A stretch of 64,000 bases of DNA, taken from assembly GCA_964187785.1 (NCBI GenBank), contig OZ076413.1:63178001-63242000 (forward strand), written 5' to 3'. The translations under genes were made by a program, and so were the position numbers. How positions within the stretch are numbered: the first letter of the stretch is position 1; every line of letters starts with the position of its first letter. The notes beneath the pieces were generated by a model that searched no databases, was not told where the DNA came from, and saw only the letters and a program-made list of their open reading frames with translations. Below are positions 27,701-39,700 of this stretch, one piece after another. This DNA is from Amphiscolops sp. MND2022. Lineage: Eukaryota.

Positions 27701-30700
27701 CGAGAGCCCACCTCGTAAAGTTCATGCTCTCCTCCTGGATTTCTGTACTATTGCCGCCGCTCTGTTCTTGACATCAAATGTTCAAATTTGTCCCACGACT
27801 CTTCCTATACGAAAAACTTGTTACATTAGTCCTGGTTTTCCACTTCCATAGATGAGTGATAATTTCCGCATGTCATCTTCGGTTTTTCGCCGGAATAGCT
27901 TCACCTTCCTCGTCACCGAAAAACAAGTTCCTGATATTCCTTTTATTTACAATAATTTTACAATTGAAAGCCGATACTTTTGTTCGTTCACTTCGAGATC
28001 CTTCTCCACGACTTGTTGAACTGCAATTCCCTCTCGAGAATATTCAATGTTAGCTTCAAAGGGTGCCCTAAAGAAAGAAATAAACCCGAGTGTTGACAGT
28101 GTTTGGTTCAGACGTGCACTTCTTTTGACGGAAAAGTCGTTAACGCCCTCATGGATCTCTCCCGTTGACATTCCAGAGAAAAAACTTTGAGTCCAGCAAT
28201 AACGCAGCCGGGAAATGAAATAACTTCACTGAAGACAGCTGTCGGAGAAGGTGGTCAATGGAAGGTAATCAAACGCTTTGAAGATTGGAAACGAGTGGGA
28301 CCTCGTAATCTCTGGCAAGTACATTTTTCGAAATCTCTGTTGTAAGTGAAAGGTCTCCAGTGAAAGGAAGTTTGTGACTCCGTATTTCTCCAACATCGAT
28401 GAATTTTTTGATAAATCGCCATCTACTGTTGCCAGAAACTTCCAAGTGAAATGCAGAAGCTCTTCTATTGGATTCAGCAGATGCTTATTTCTATTGTCTT
28501 AATAATATCTGAAAGTTTTTTCTGAGTGGGGAAAAGAACAACGAATAAGTCTATTCAGTTGTGACGACTGTGTCGTTGAACATCCTTACAATTGCCGCGT
28601 AAAAATATCATAAGTGAAGGCGGACGTTGAATTTAGAGATTAAATTTTGAAAAGCTCCCTAACAGTGTAAAAAAGTTGGAAAAGTAGAGTGAATAAATAT
28701 TAAAAACGAAATATCATGCCAAAACATGATTCACAGTTTTGGTCGAGCTGAATGGCATAAGAAACTTAAATAACAGCAATGAGTTTGTGATTGATTCACT
28801 AGTTTCAGTGGCCCTTCAAAAAGGGTGTATACTGTGAACCTGTACAGTATAGGTTGGTCCTGTACTCGTCGGCAGGTCTCATATCGGTGAATAAGGTTAT
28901 TCGAAGATCATTTCCGAGAGAACCAAGTTTCCTGTGAGTAAAAAAGGCTTCAATGTTTTCGGTGGTTCTTGCCGGCAAAGTCGCGATGTTGAGGTCATTA
29001 AACATCACTTCTCCACTACCACGAATCCCCTTCGCTGACATCTGTTGCTGGGAGTAACTTAGGAGGCTGGTCGACTCTTCGAGAGCCCACCTCGTAAAGT
29101 TCATGCTCTCCTGGATTTCGGCACTATTGCCGCTGCTCTGTTTTTGACATCAGAAATTCGAATTTGTCTAATACCCCTTCGTGTACAGAAAACATGTTAC
29201 GTCAGTCCTTACTTACGTCATACCAAGAGGTTTCCGCAGATGAATGTCTCGAGGGAATGAACCGTCATGTAGTAAGAAACAGGTGTCATTAACAGTTGAA
29301 AAGTCCATATTGACGAAAAAATTTACCAATCTTCGGCGTTGGATATTTTCGAAGGTTATACTAACCAACATGTTTATCTGTCGGTCTTTCTCGCTTACTC
29401 GATATCACTGACAAAACGTTTTGAGTTTATCAACCTCAATTGACAGCATTTTGTGCGCGGTGTTGCCTGGTTTTCCACCTCCGTAGATGAGTGGTAATTT
29501 CCGCATGTCATCTTCGGTTTTTCCAGGAATAGCTTCATCTTGCTCCTCATTGGGAAACGAGTTCCTAATATTGCTTTTTTTGCCACCTTCAAGTGATTTC
29601 GAGGATTCTTCAAGAGCTAACAAAATTTTTAGTTTGCTCATTCCGTTTTGTTTCGACTGCATCATCCAGATTTTTCTCGATTAGCTCCAAATGAGACCTC
29701 ATACCCTTGTACACGAAGATGCTTGGTGGCAAAGTTTTAAAGCTATTTTCTTTGGCCATGCTGTAGAGCAAGTTTTTTGGTATCGGAAATTTCAGATTTC
29801 CAATACTTGTCATCGTGGCTTATTCGCATGAATGTGTTGTCGCTTTCGAAGTAGAAAATTCAAAATCATCTGGCAGTTTGATTTCTTCGTCTTCTCGTTG
29901 ACGTCGTTGACTGCTCCTTTCGAAACAAGAACCGAATGAAACAGAGTCCGCAAAAGAAATTTACTTTTCCAAGCTCATCTCAGGAAGAGCAACAGCTTGA
30001 TTTGTGTAAATTAGGTAATAGAAACGTAGAAACCTCAAAATTCAGGCTTCTAAATTTCATCATGATCAGCAAGAGTTTTTACCTTGCTGAGAAACCTATA
30101 CAGTGAACTCTCAGAAATCTGCCATGTGGAATTCTTGTAGATAGGTCGAGGACACTAAAACCTCAGAATCAGTTACAATGGTAATTTCATTCCCATCAAA
30201 ATTTGCAATCTAGCTTTGGTTTTAGTTCAAAAATGAAGACGTGAAAATGTTTTTAAACCAAAAAATCTCCAGCGGCCGCGACAATCATCAGACCATAATG
30301 AGATTTTTAGCTCCAAATTTATTCATGAAACGAGTTGTTACACAGATTTTAAAAAGAAACGGAAATGAGCGTAAATTGGAACGGAGACTTAGAAGAGCTC
30401 AAGGTCTCTGTATGCTTTATGCATTCTTCAGTATCATACTCCGCGACTGCCATTTTTTGATAGTTTTTTCCCATCGTCCAACTTGATTTGTAGCGTCGTT
30501 TGCTCTGTTAGGTGAGTCACACAAAAGACGAGTTACTGCCTCTGTAAACAGAAAGAAGCGGCTCACCGAGGGTTTTGAATAAACTGGAGTTTCGTAATGC
30601 TAAATATACCCAGAACAGGAATTCACTTTCATGTACAAAAGTCATGTGAGCTCAATGAGCTTGGGTGTTTGCAATTTCTGCGAAAAGTCTGAGCGCATCC

Positions 30701-33700
30701 ACTTAACCTTCGGAAAAACCTCTCCGTCACTATTTGGTGTTTTCTGGTTAGCTTCCTGATGTATTATAGTATTGCGAGTGAGAAACATATTGACTTCCGT
30801 CCCTCTTTCGTGTGGATTGCATTGGCCGGATAACGCCACACCTCTCCAAAGTTGCTTCGATTTTCAGCATACAGGAGCTACTCTTTCCGCTTAAAGAACA
30901 GAGTTGACTCGACAGGTTTCCGTAATGTCTCCAAGGCCGCTGATTTTTTTCTGGAAATCATCCGTTGAGTTTGTTATATGGTATATATCCATCCTAATTT
31001 TACCAATGTTTGTGTTATAAATTCATGTAATCGAAATTTTTGCTTAGCCACTAATACAGAAGAAGCATTTCGTTCCAAAACCTTTTCGACATCGTCTCAG
31101 ATTTTCTTCGAAGCTTTCCAATCTTATGCTCAGGTTTTTCAATTAGGTTTCTTGGAACATTATTTCTAGGAAGGTTTGAAATTTCGAATAATCGAAATAC
31201 GTGATATATCCAGAGAAAACAGTTTTATTTGAAACAGACGGGTTCGATTCCACTTAAATTCTGAACATCCGTGGAAATAATCTCTCTAGAAAACAATTGC
31301 ACTTTCACCACTCTACAATATTGGAAACCTCTCGAATGAAAATGGTTGATTAGAAAATTAAATAAGATTTTCACGTCCATTGATGCCAGATGAAATGACT
31401 CATCTCAATGTCGGACATCTCAAGATTAAATAACTTTTTTGTTCAAGAAGGTTGACGCTGAAATATTAACGATTAACTGAAACCCAGTGGAGCATCAAAT
31501 TGAAGCGAGTTTTCATGAAACTCGGTCAACTCTGAGAGTTTTTCGCGTGAAGTTTCGTAACTCCCCTCCAATTTCTGCAGAGTTGTCCAGCCACTGCTCT
31601 ATTCTTGATTTCATTCACGGAAGCTTGACTCATGATTCCTACAGAAAAAGTTACCGATGTTTCATTTGTCTTTTGTCTAGTATAATAATTGAATAAATAT
31701 GTGTCTGATATCTGTCTCCGAATATGTTTGTTATATATATCCGAAAGATTTTTCTGAAAGCTAAAAAAACGAATAAGTCTTATCAGATGTGAGGACTGTG
31801 TCTTTGAACATTCGCACAATTGATGAATAAAACGTTCATGAGAGAAGGCTGAGAAGGTTGACGCTGACTTTAGAAATTAAGTTATCAAAAGCTGCCTAAC
31901 AGAGCTTGAAGTTAGAAAAAGTTGAAAGTATTAAAAACCATATATCAAGCCAGATCATGATTCAAAACTTCCAAAATAATTTCCAACAAATCAAGCAAAA
32001 CGCCAATGACATTCTTCAGTCCATTCAAAACTTTTTTGAAAATGTTCGCCTAAAACAAACTGATTTTGGAACGGTGTCTCAACAGAGTTCCAAAATGAAG
32101 TTTCGAACGAAAGTGTTAAAAACAGCTCGATAAGTATGATTGCTGCCCCAGACATTTCGATTTTTTGCACCCCCTTTGACGCCAGTTTCTTTTCGAAGAG
32201 CGGTTCTTGCAAGCACTTCTATACTTGTTCGGCAAGAAGCACAAAGTATGCAACAAGTCAACTCCACGAACCAGTTGCACAGAGAACTGGTAATGAGATC
32301 ATGCAATATGATTGTTTGAAGGAGTGTTCTCAAAAGCTGTTGCCCGCAAAACACATGACATTTTTCTGGAGATTACCTTTGTTGAAGAATAATCCTGGAT
32401 TTGCTCCAAGTGAACGTGTTTCCCAAGTATTTTCTGGTAACTCCTTAGGGGACCGGCTCAAGGATGTCGCTGCAAGTATGTGGAACCTAATCGACTTTTT
32501 AGGTAACTTAAAAACAAGCTTCGCGGAACACAAAAACATTGCTCTGTCCCTCGGTCTACATGAGAACGAGGCCAGTGTAATCATTAAATAATTGTCGGGC
32601 TCTCATGAGGAAAGCGCCGATTAAAAACTGATGAATTGCCCCGAAAAAGAATGAACCTGTGATGACAGAACCCGAACTTGTTTCGCGAAACTAGTGGTCT
32701 CCAGTTTTCGAAGCCTTGGTATCTTTGCCAAGATCCATGCCAAATGCTTTGCGAGTCTTGCTATGATCTTGGCAAGAATACCATGGCCCTACAAGGTTCA
32801 CCATGATCTTTGCAAGTATTCAATGATTAACATGTCCATTTAGCATTGTCATGTGCAGGCCCAACCGAGAACGATTCATTCATCGTTGATCGCTTTGACG
32901 CCAGACACTCTTAAAAGTGTGTGTTTTAAAAAACGGTGTCTCTGAACATTTTTACAATTGCCGCGTAAAACTTTCATGAGAGAAGGCTGAATTTAGAGGT
33001 TAAATTTAGAGGTTAAATTTTCAAAAAAGCCTTTAACAGAGTTAAAAAGTTGGAAAATAAAGTGAAGACATATTAAAAACGAAATATCATGCCAAAACAT
33101 GATTCATAGTTTTGGTCGAGCTGAATGGCATAATAAACTTGAATAACAGCAATGATATCGTGTGCTTAGACGTCTCTCCAAGTTGTTGTAGCTTGCGTGG
33201 CTTTAAACGTGTCTTCGCATCGGTCACCAATAGGCTTGCTTTGGTTGTCAGTAGGGGTTTTTTGAGCCTGTTATGGACTTAAATTCCCTTCTGATTTATT
33301 AGTTTCAGTGGCTCTAAAAAGTGTGTCCACTGTGAACCTAGAGAGATCTACACCGCTTGTTTGTTTAGGTTGGTCCTGTACTCGTCAGCAGGTCTCATAT
33401 CGGTGAATAAGGCTGTTTGAGGATCATTCCCGGGAGAAGCAAGTTCCCTGAGTAAACAAGGCTTCAATGTTTTTGGTCGTTCTTGCCGGCAAAGTCGCGA
33501 TGTTAACGTCATTAGACATCACTTCTCCACTACCACGAATCCCCCGCGGTGACATCTGTTGCTGGGTGGAACTTAGGAGGCTGGTCGACTCTTCGAGAGC
33601 CCACTTCGTAAAGTTCATGCTCTCCTGGATTTCGGCACTATTGCCGCTGCTCTGTTTTTGACATCAGAAATTCAAATTTGTCTAATACCCCTTCGTGTAC

Positions 33701-36700
33701 AGAAAACATGTTACGTCAGTCCTTACTTACGTCATACCAAGAGGTTTCCGCAGATGAATGTCTCGAGGGAATGAACCGTCATGTAGAAAGAAACAAAGGT
33801 GTCATTAACAGTTGAAAACTCCATATTGACGAAAAAATTTACCAATCTTCGGCGTTGGATATTTTCAAAGGTTTTACTAACCAACATGTATATCTGTCGG
33901 TCTTTCTCGCTTACTTGATATCACTGACAAAACGTTTTGAGTTTATCAACCTCAATTGACAGCATTTTGTGCGCGGTGTTGCCTGGTTTTCCACCTCCGT
34001 AGATGAGTGGTAATTTCCGCATGTCATCTTCGGTTTTTCCAGGAATAGCTTCATCTTCCTCGTCACTGGGAAACGAGTTCCTAATTTTGCTTTTTTGCCA
34101 CCTTCAAGTGATTTCGAGGATTCTTCAAGAGCTAACAAAATTTTTAGTTTGCTCATTCCGTTTTGTTTCGACTGCATCGTCCAGATTTTTCTCGATTAGC
34201 TCCAAATGAGACCTCATACCCTTGTACACGAAGATGCTTGGTGGCAAAGTTTTGAAGCTATTTTCTTTGGCCATGCTGTATTGCAAGTTTTTTGGTATCG
34301 GAAGTTTCAGATTTCCAATACTTGTCATCGTGGCTTATTCGCATGAATGTGTTGTCGCTTTCGAAGCAGAAAATTCAAAATCATCTGGCAGTTTGATTTC
34401 TTCGTCTTCTCGTTGACGTCGTTGACTGCTCCTTTCGAAACAAGAACCGAATGAAACAGAGTCCGAAAAAGAAATTTACTTTTCCAAGCTCATCTCAGGA
34501 AGAGCAACAGCTTGATTTGTGTAAATTAGGTAATAGAAACGTACAAACCTCAAAATTTAGGCTTCTAAATTTCATGATCAGCAAAAGTTTTTACCTTTCT
34601 GAGAAACTTATACAGTGAACTCACAGAAATCTGCCATGTGGAATGCTTGTAAATAGGTCGAGGACACTAAAACCTCAGAATTAGTCATAATGGTAATTTC
34701 ATTCCCATCAAAATTTGCAATCTAGCTTTGGTTTTAGTTCAAAAATGAAGACGTGAAAATGTTTTTAAACCAAAAAATCTCCAGCGGCCGCGACAACCAT
34801 CAGACCATATTGAGACTTTTAGCTCCAATTTTATTCATGAAACGAGCTGTTACACAGATTTTAAAAAGAAACGGAAAGGACCGTAAATTGGAACGGAGAT
34901 TTAGAAAAGCTCAAGGTCTCTGTATGCTTTAGGCATTCTTCAGTATCATACTCCGCGACTGCCATTTTTTATCATGTTCTTTTCCCATCGTCCAACTTGA
35001 TTTGTAGCGTCGTTTCCTCTGTTAGGTGAGTCACACAAAAGACGAGTTACAGCCTCTGTAAACAGAAAGAAGCTGCTCACCGAGAGTTTTGAAGCAACTG
35101 GAGTTTCGTAATGCTAAATATACCCAGAACAGGAATTCACTTTCATGTACAAAAGTCACTTGAGCTCAATGAGCTTGGGTGTTTGCAATTTCTGCGAAAA
35201 GTCTGAGCGCATCTACTTAACCTTCGAAAAACCTCTCCGTCCCTATTTGGTGTTTTCTGGTTAGCTTCCTGATGTATTATAGTATTGCGAGTGAGAAACA
35301 TATTGACTTCCGTCCATCTTTCGTGTGGATTGCATTGGCCGGATAACGCCACACCTCTCCAAAGTTGCTTCGATTTTCAGCATACAGGAGCTACTCTTTC
35401 CGCTTAAAGAACAGAGTTGACTCGACAGGTTTCCGTAATGTCTCCAAGGCCGCTGATTTTTTCTGGAAATCATCCGTTGAGTTTGTTATATGGTATATAT
35501 CCATCCTAATTTTACCAATGTTTGTGTTATAAATTCATGTAATCGAAATTTTTGCTTAGCCACTAATACAGAAGAAGCATTTCGTTCCAAAACCTTTTCG
35601 ACATCGTCTCAGATTTTCTTCGAAGCTTTCCAATCTTATGCTCAGGTTTTTCAATTAGGTTTCTTGGAACATTATTTCTAGGAAGGTTTGAAATTTCGAA
35701 TAATCGAAATACGTGATATTTCGAGAGAAAACTGTTTTATTTGAAACAGACGGGTTCTATTCCTCCACTTAAATTCTGAACATCCATGGAAATAATCTCT
35801 CTAGAAAACAATTGCGCTTTCACCGCTCTACAATATTGGAAATCTCCCGAATGAAAATGGTTGATTAGAAAATTAAATAAGATTTTCACGTCCATTGATG
35901 CCGGATGTAATGACTCATCTCAATGTCGGACATCTCTAGAGTAATTAACTTTTTGTTCGAGAAGGTTGACGCTAAAATATTAACGATAAACTGAAACCCA
36001 GCGGAGCATCAAATTGAAGCGAGTTTTCATGAAACCCGGGCAACTGAGTTTTTCGCGTGAAGTTTCGCAACTCCTCTCCAATTTCTGCAGAGTTGTCCAG
36101 CCACTGCTCTATTCTTGATTTCATTCACGGAAGCTTGACTCGTGATTCCTACAAAAAAGTTACCGATGTTTCATTTGTCTTTTGTCTAGTATAATAATTG
36201 AATAAATGTGTCTGATATCTGTCTCCGAATGTTTGTTATATATATCCGAAAGATTTTTCTGAAAGCTAAAAAAACGAATAAGTTTTATCAGATTTGAGGA
36301 CTGTGTCTTTGAACATTCGTACAATTGCCGCATAAAACGTTCATGAGAGAAGGCTGAGAAGGTTGACGCTGACTTTAGAAATTAAGTTTTCAAAAGCTCC
36401 CTAACAGAGCTTGAAGTTAAAAAGTTGGAAGTTTTAAAAACCAAATATCAAGCCAGAACATGATTCAAAACTTCTAAAATCATTTCAAACAAACCAAGCA
36501 AAATGCCAATGACATTCTTCAGTCCATTCAAAACTTTTTTGAAAATGTTTGCCCAAAACAAACTGATTTTGGAACAGTGTCTCAACAGAGTTCCAAAATG
36601 AAGTTTCGGACGAAAGTGTTAAAAACAGCTCGGTAAGTATGATTGCTGCCCCAGACATTTCGATTTTTTGCACCCCCTTTGACGCCAGTTTCTTTTCGAA

Positions 36701-39700
36701 GAGCGGTTCTTGCAAGCACTTCTATACTTGTTCGGCAAGAAGCACAGAGTATGCAACAAGTCAACTCCACGAACCAGTTTCACAGAGAACTGGTAATGAG
36801 ATCATTGCAATGTGATTATTTGAAGGAATTCTCAAAAGCTGTTGCCCGCAAAACACATGACATTTTTTTGGCGGTTACCTTTGTTGAAGAATAATCCTGG
36901 ATTAGGGGACCAGCTTAGGGACTCCTTAGGGGACCAGCTCAAGGATGACGCTGCGAGTATGTGGAACCTAATCGACATTTTAGGTAACTTAAAAACAAGC
37001 TTCGCGGAACACAAAAACATTGCTCTGTCCCTCGGTCTACATGAGAACGAGGCCAGTGTAATCATTAAATAATTGTCGGGCTCTCATGAGGAAAGCGCCG
37101 AATAAAAACTGATGAATTGTCCCGAAAAAGAATGAACCTGTGATGACAGAACCCGAAATTATTCCGCGAAACTAGTGGTCTCCAGTTTTCGAAGCCTTTG
37201 TATCTTTGCCAAGATCCATGACAAATGCCTTGCGAGTCTTGCTATGATCTTGGCAAGGATACCATGGCCCTACAAGGTTCACCATGATCTTTGCAAGGAT
37301 TCAATGATTAACATGTCCATTTAGCATCGTCATGTGCAGGCCCAACCGAGAACGATTCATTCATCGGGGATCGCTTTGAGGCCAGACACTCTTAAAATTG
37401 TGTGTTTTAAAAAACGGTGTCTTTGAACATTTTTACAATTGCCGCGTGCAGCTTTCATGAGAGAAGGCGGACGCTGAAGAGTTAAAAAGTTGGAAAATAA
37501 AGTGAAGAAATATTAAAAACGAAATATCATGCCAAAACATGATTCATAGTTTTGGTCGAGCTGAATGGCAAAATAAACTTGAATAACAGCAATGATATCG
37601 TGTGCTTAGACGTCTCTCCAAGTTGTTGTAGCTTGCGTGGCTTTAAATGTCTTCGCATCGGTCACCATTAGGCTTGCTTTGGTTGTCAGTAGGTGTTTTT
37701 TGAGCCTGTTATGGACTCAAATTCCCTTCTGATTTATTAGTTTCAGTGGCTCTAAAAAGTGTGTATACTGTGAACCTAGAGAGATCTACACCGCTTGTTT
37801 GTTTAGGTTGGTCCTGTACTCGTCAGCAGGTCTCATATCGGTGAATAAGGTTGTTTGAGGATCATTCCCGAGAGAAGCAAGTTCCCTGTGAGTAAACAAG
37901 GCTTCAATGTTTTTGGTGGTTCTTGCCGGCAAAGTCGCGATGTTATGGTCATTAAACATCACTTCCCCACTACCACGAATCCCCGCGGTGACATCTGTTG
38001 CTGGGTGGAACTTAGGAGGCCTGTAAACTTTTTAAGAGTCCAACTGTACTTTTCATGCTCTCATGGATTTCTGTACTATTGCCGCTGCTCTGTTCTTGAC
38101 ATCAGAAGTTCAAATTTGTCTCATGCCTCTTCTTATACGAAAAACTTGTTTCATTTTTCCTGGTTTTCCACTTCCGCAGATGAGTTATAATTTCCACATG
38201 TCATTTTCGGTTTTCCCCGGAATAGCTTCATCTTCCTCGTCACCGAAAACAAGTTCCTGATATTGCTTTTATTACCACCTTCAAGTGATTTCGAGACTTC
38301 TTCAAGAGCCAAAGAAATGTTTAGTTTGCTCATTTCGTTTTTTTAATACTGCATCGTCCGTATGTTTCTCGATTAGCTCCAAGTTAGACGTCATACTCTT
38401 GGACACGAAGATGTTTGGTGGCCTAATTTTGAAGCTGATTTCTTCGGCCACTCTGTAGAGCAAGCTTTTTGGTATTGGAATTTTCATCTTTCCAATACTT
38501 GTCATCGTGCCTTATTCGCATCAATGTGTTGTCGCTTCTTAAGTTGCTGGGAGTAAATTAGGAGGCCGGTAAACTCTTTGAGAGCCCACCTGGTACACTT
38601 CTTGCTCTCCTGGATTTCTGCATTATAAATGATTAACAATTGAACTCGGAAAAGTAAATTGGTCGGTGCGCTTCAATTCACAAAAGGGTGGTTTTGGATT
38701 CAATTCGTTACAAAATACGCTAATCCAATGCTACTTCTAAAAGCAGAAATATCAGATCGAAAATTGTAACTTTGACATCAAATAATTTTATTATCAGGAA
38801 TGTTTTCGTAACTTCCCGGAAGCCTATATTTAGAGCATTCAGATGTTAAGTCATGGGAATGTTTTGGTGATTTTAGATCTTTAATTAGAACGGGATTTTT
38901 GGATGTTTAGATTAAATTTAATCGAATTTTTCGATTTTTTATATACGGGTACGAGAGCAACTCTTTTTTTGCAAGAATCTCGTAACAAATGTTGTGATAT
39001 GTGCCAATCTTGCAAGAATTGCGATTCTCCAGCCAACTTGTAAAATTGCGCAAAGTTGGGAAGAATTTAACTTATTATTAAGGATTTATTATTAAGGTTG
39101 TCTCTTTCGTCATTAGATGTAAATAGGCTATTTTCGTCAACCAATTAAATGGAAAAGTTCTAAAAACATCATTTGGCTGAAGAAAAGGTTTTTGTAAGTT
39201 TTTTACAACAAGGTGCAGTGTTGTTGTGGCAAAAGTTCTTGAAAAGTTCTTGTCTGTAAAAGTTCTTGAAAAGATCACATTATGAATCAGTGAGCATAAA
39301 ATACCGAAAATTTTTTCTCAGAAGTTCTTCTTCAACCCCTCGAGGAGGTGGCAATTCCTCAGTAACACCCGAACCCTACGAATACTTTTTAGAGGCACCT
39401 TTCCCGGACGGGATCCTAGGCAGATGTCTCCCACATACACGACCAACTTATAATATTTTTCATAGACTCATTTGAATGTGCCCCCTTTTTTGTATTTTTA
39501 TACCTCTGTAAATCCAAAATGTTGCCAATTCCAGAAACCCCGTGGAAGTGCCGCAGCTCAGATGCCAGACATGTGTTTCGAGTGGACCCAGAGTGTGTGC
39601 CAGTTCATGAAGAACCTGTACAAGAGGATCCTGGACCACGAACACCGGGTGTCCCCTCTGTCAGAGGAGAGCTACCCCCAGCAGTGCTCCGTGTGGGAGT

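Larger units (their letters stand above)
13080..38630. repeat. ~25.5 kb intronic mosaic tandem array (macrosatellite or decayed gene cluster)
   Basis: Anchor gtc(t/c)taataatatc recurs near 13624, 15663, 17686, 19716, 21745, 23779, 25739, 27116, 28496; a linker anchor recurs near 28577, 31805, 32943, 36310, 37424; near-identical ORFs recur in the ORF track. Confidence 0.97.

Noticed and set aside
32136-32591. 151-aa + strand ORF in the D unit
   Set aside because: The sister copy (36643-37072) is fragmented into different frames; no recognisable domain.
13624-38630. Array as CRISPR, rDNA, histone or snRNA cluster
   Set aside because: Units are kb-sized with no repeat-spacer pattern and no recognisable rRNA, histone or snRNA sequence.
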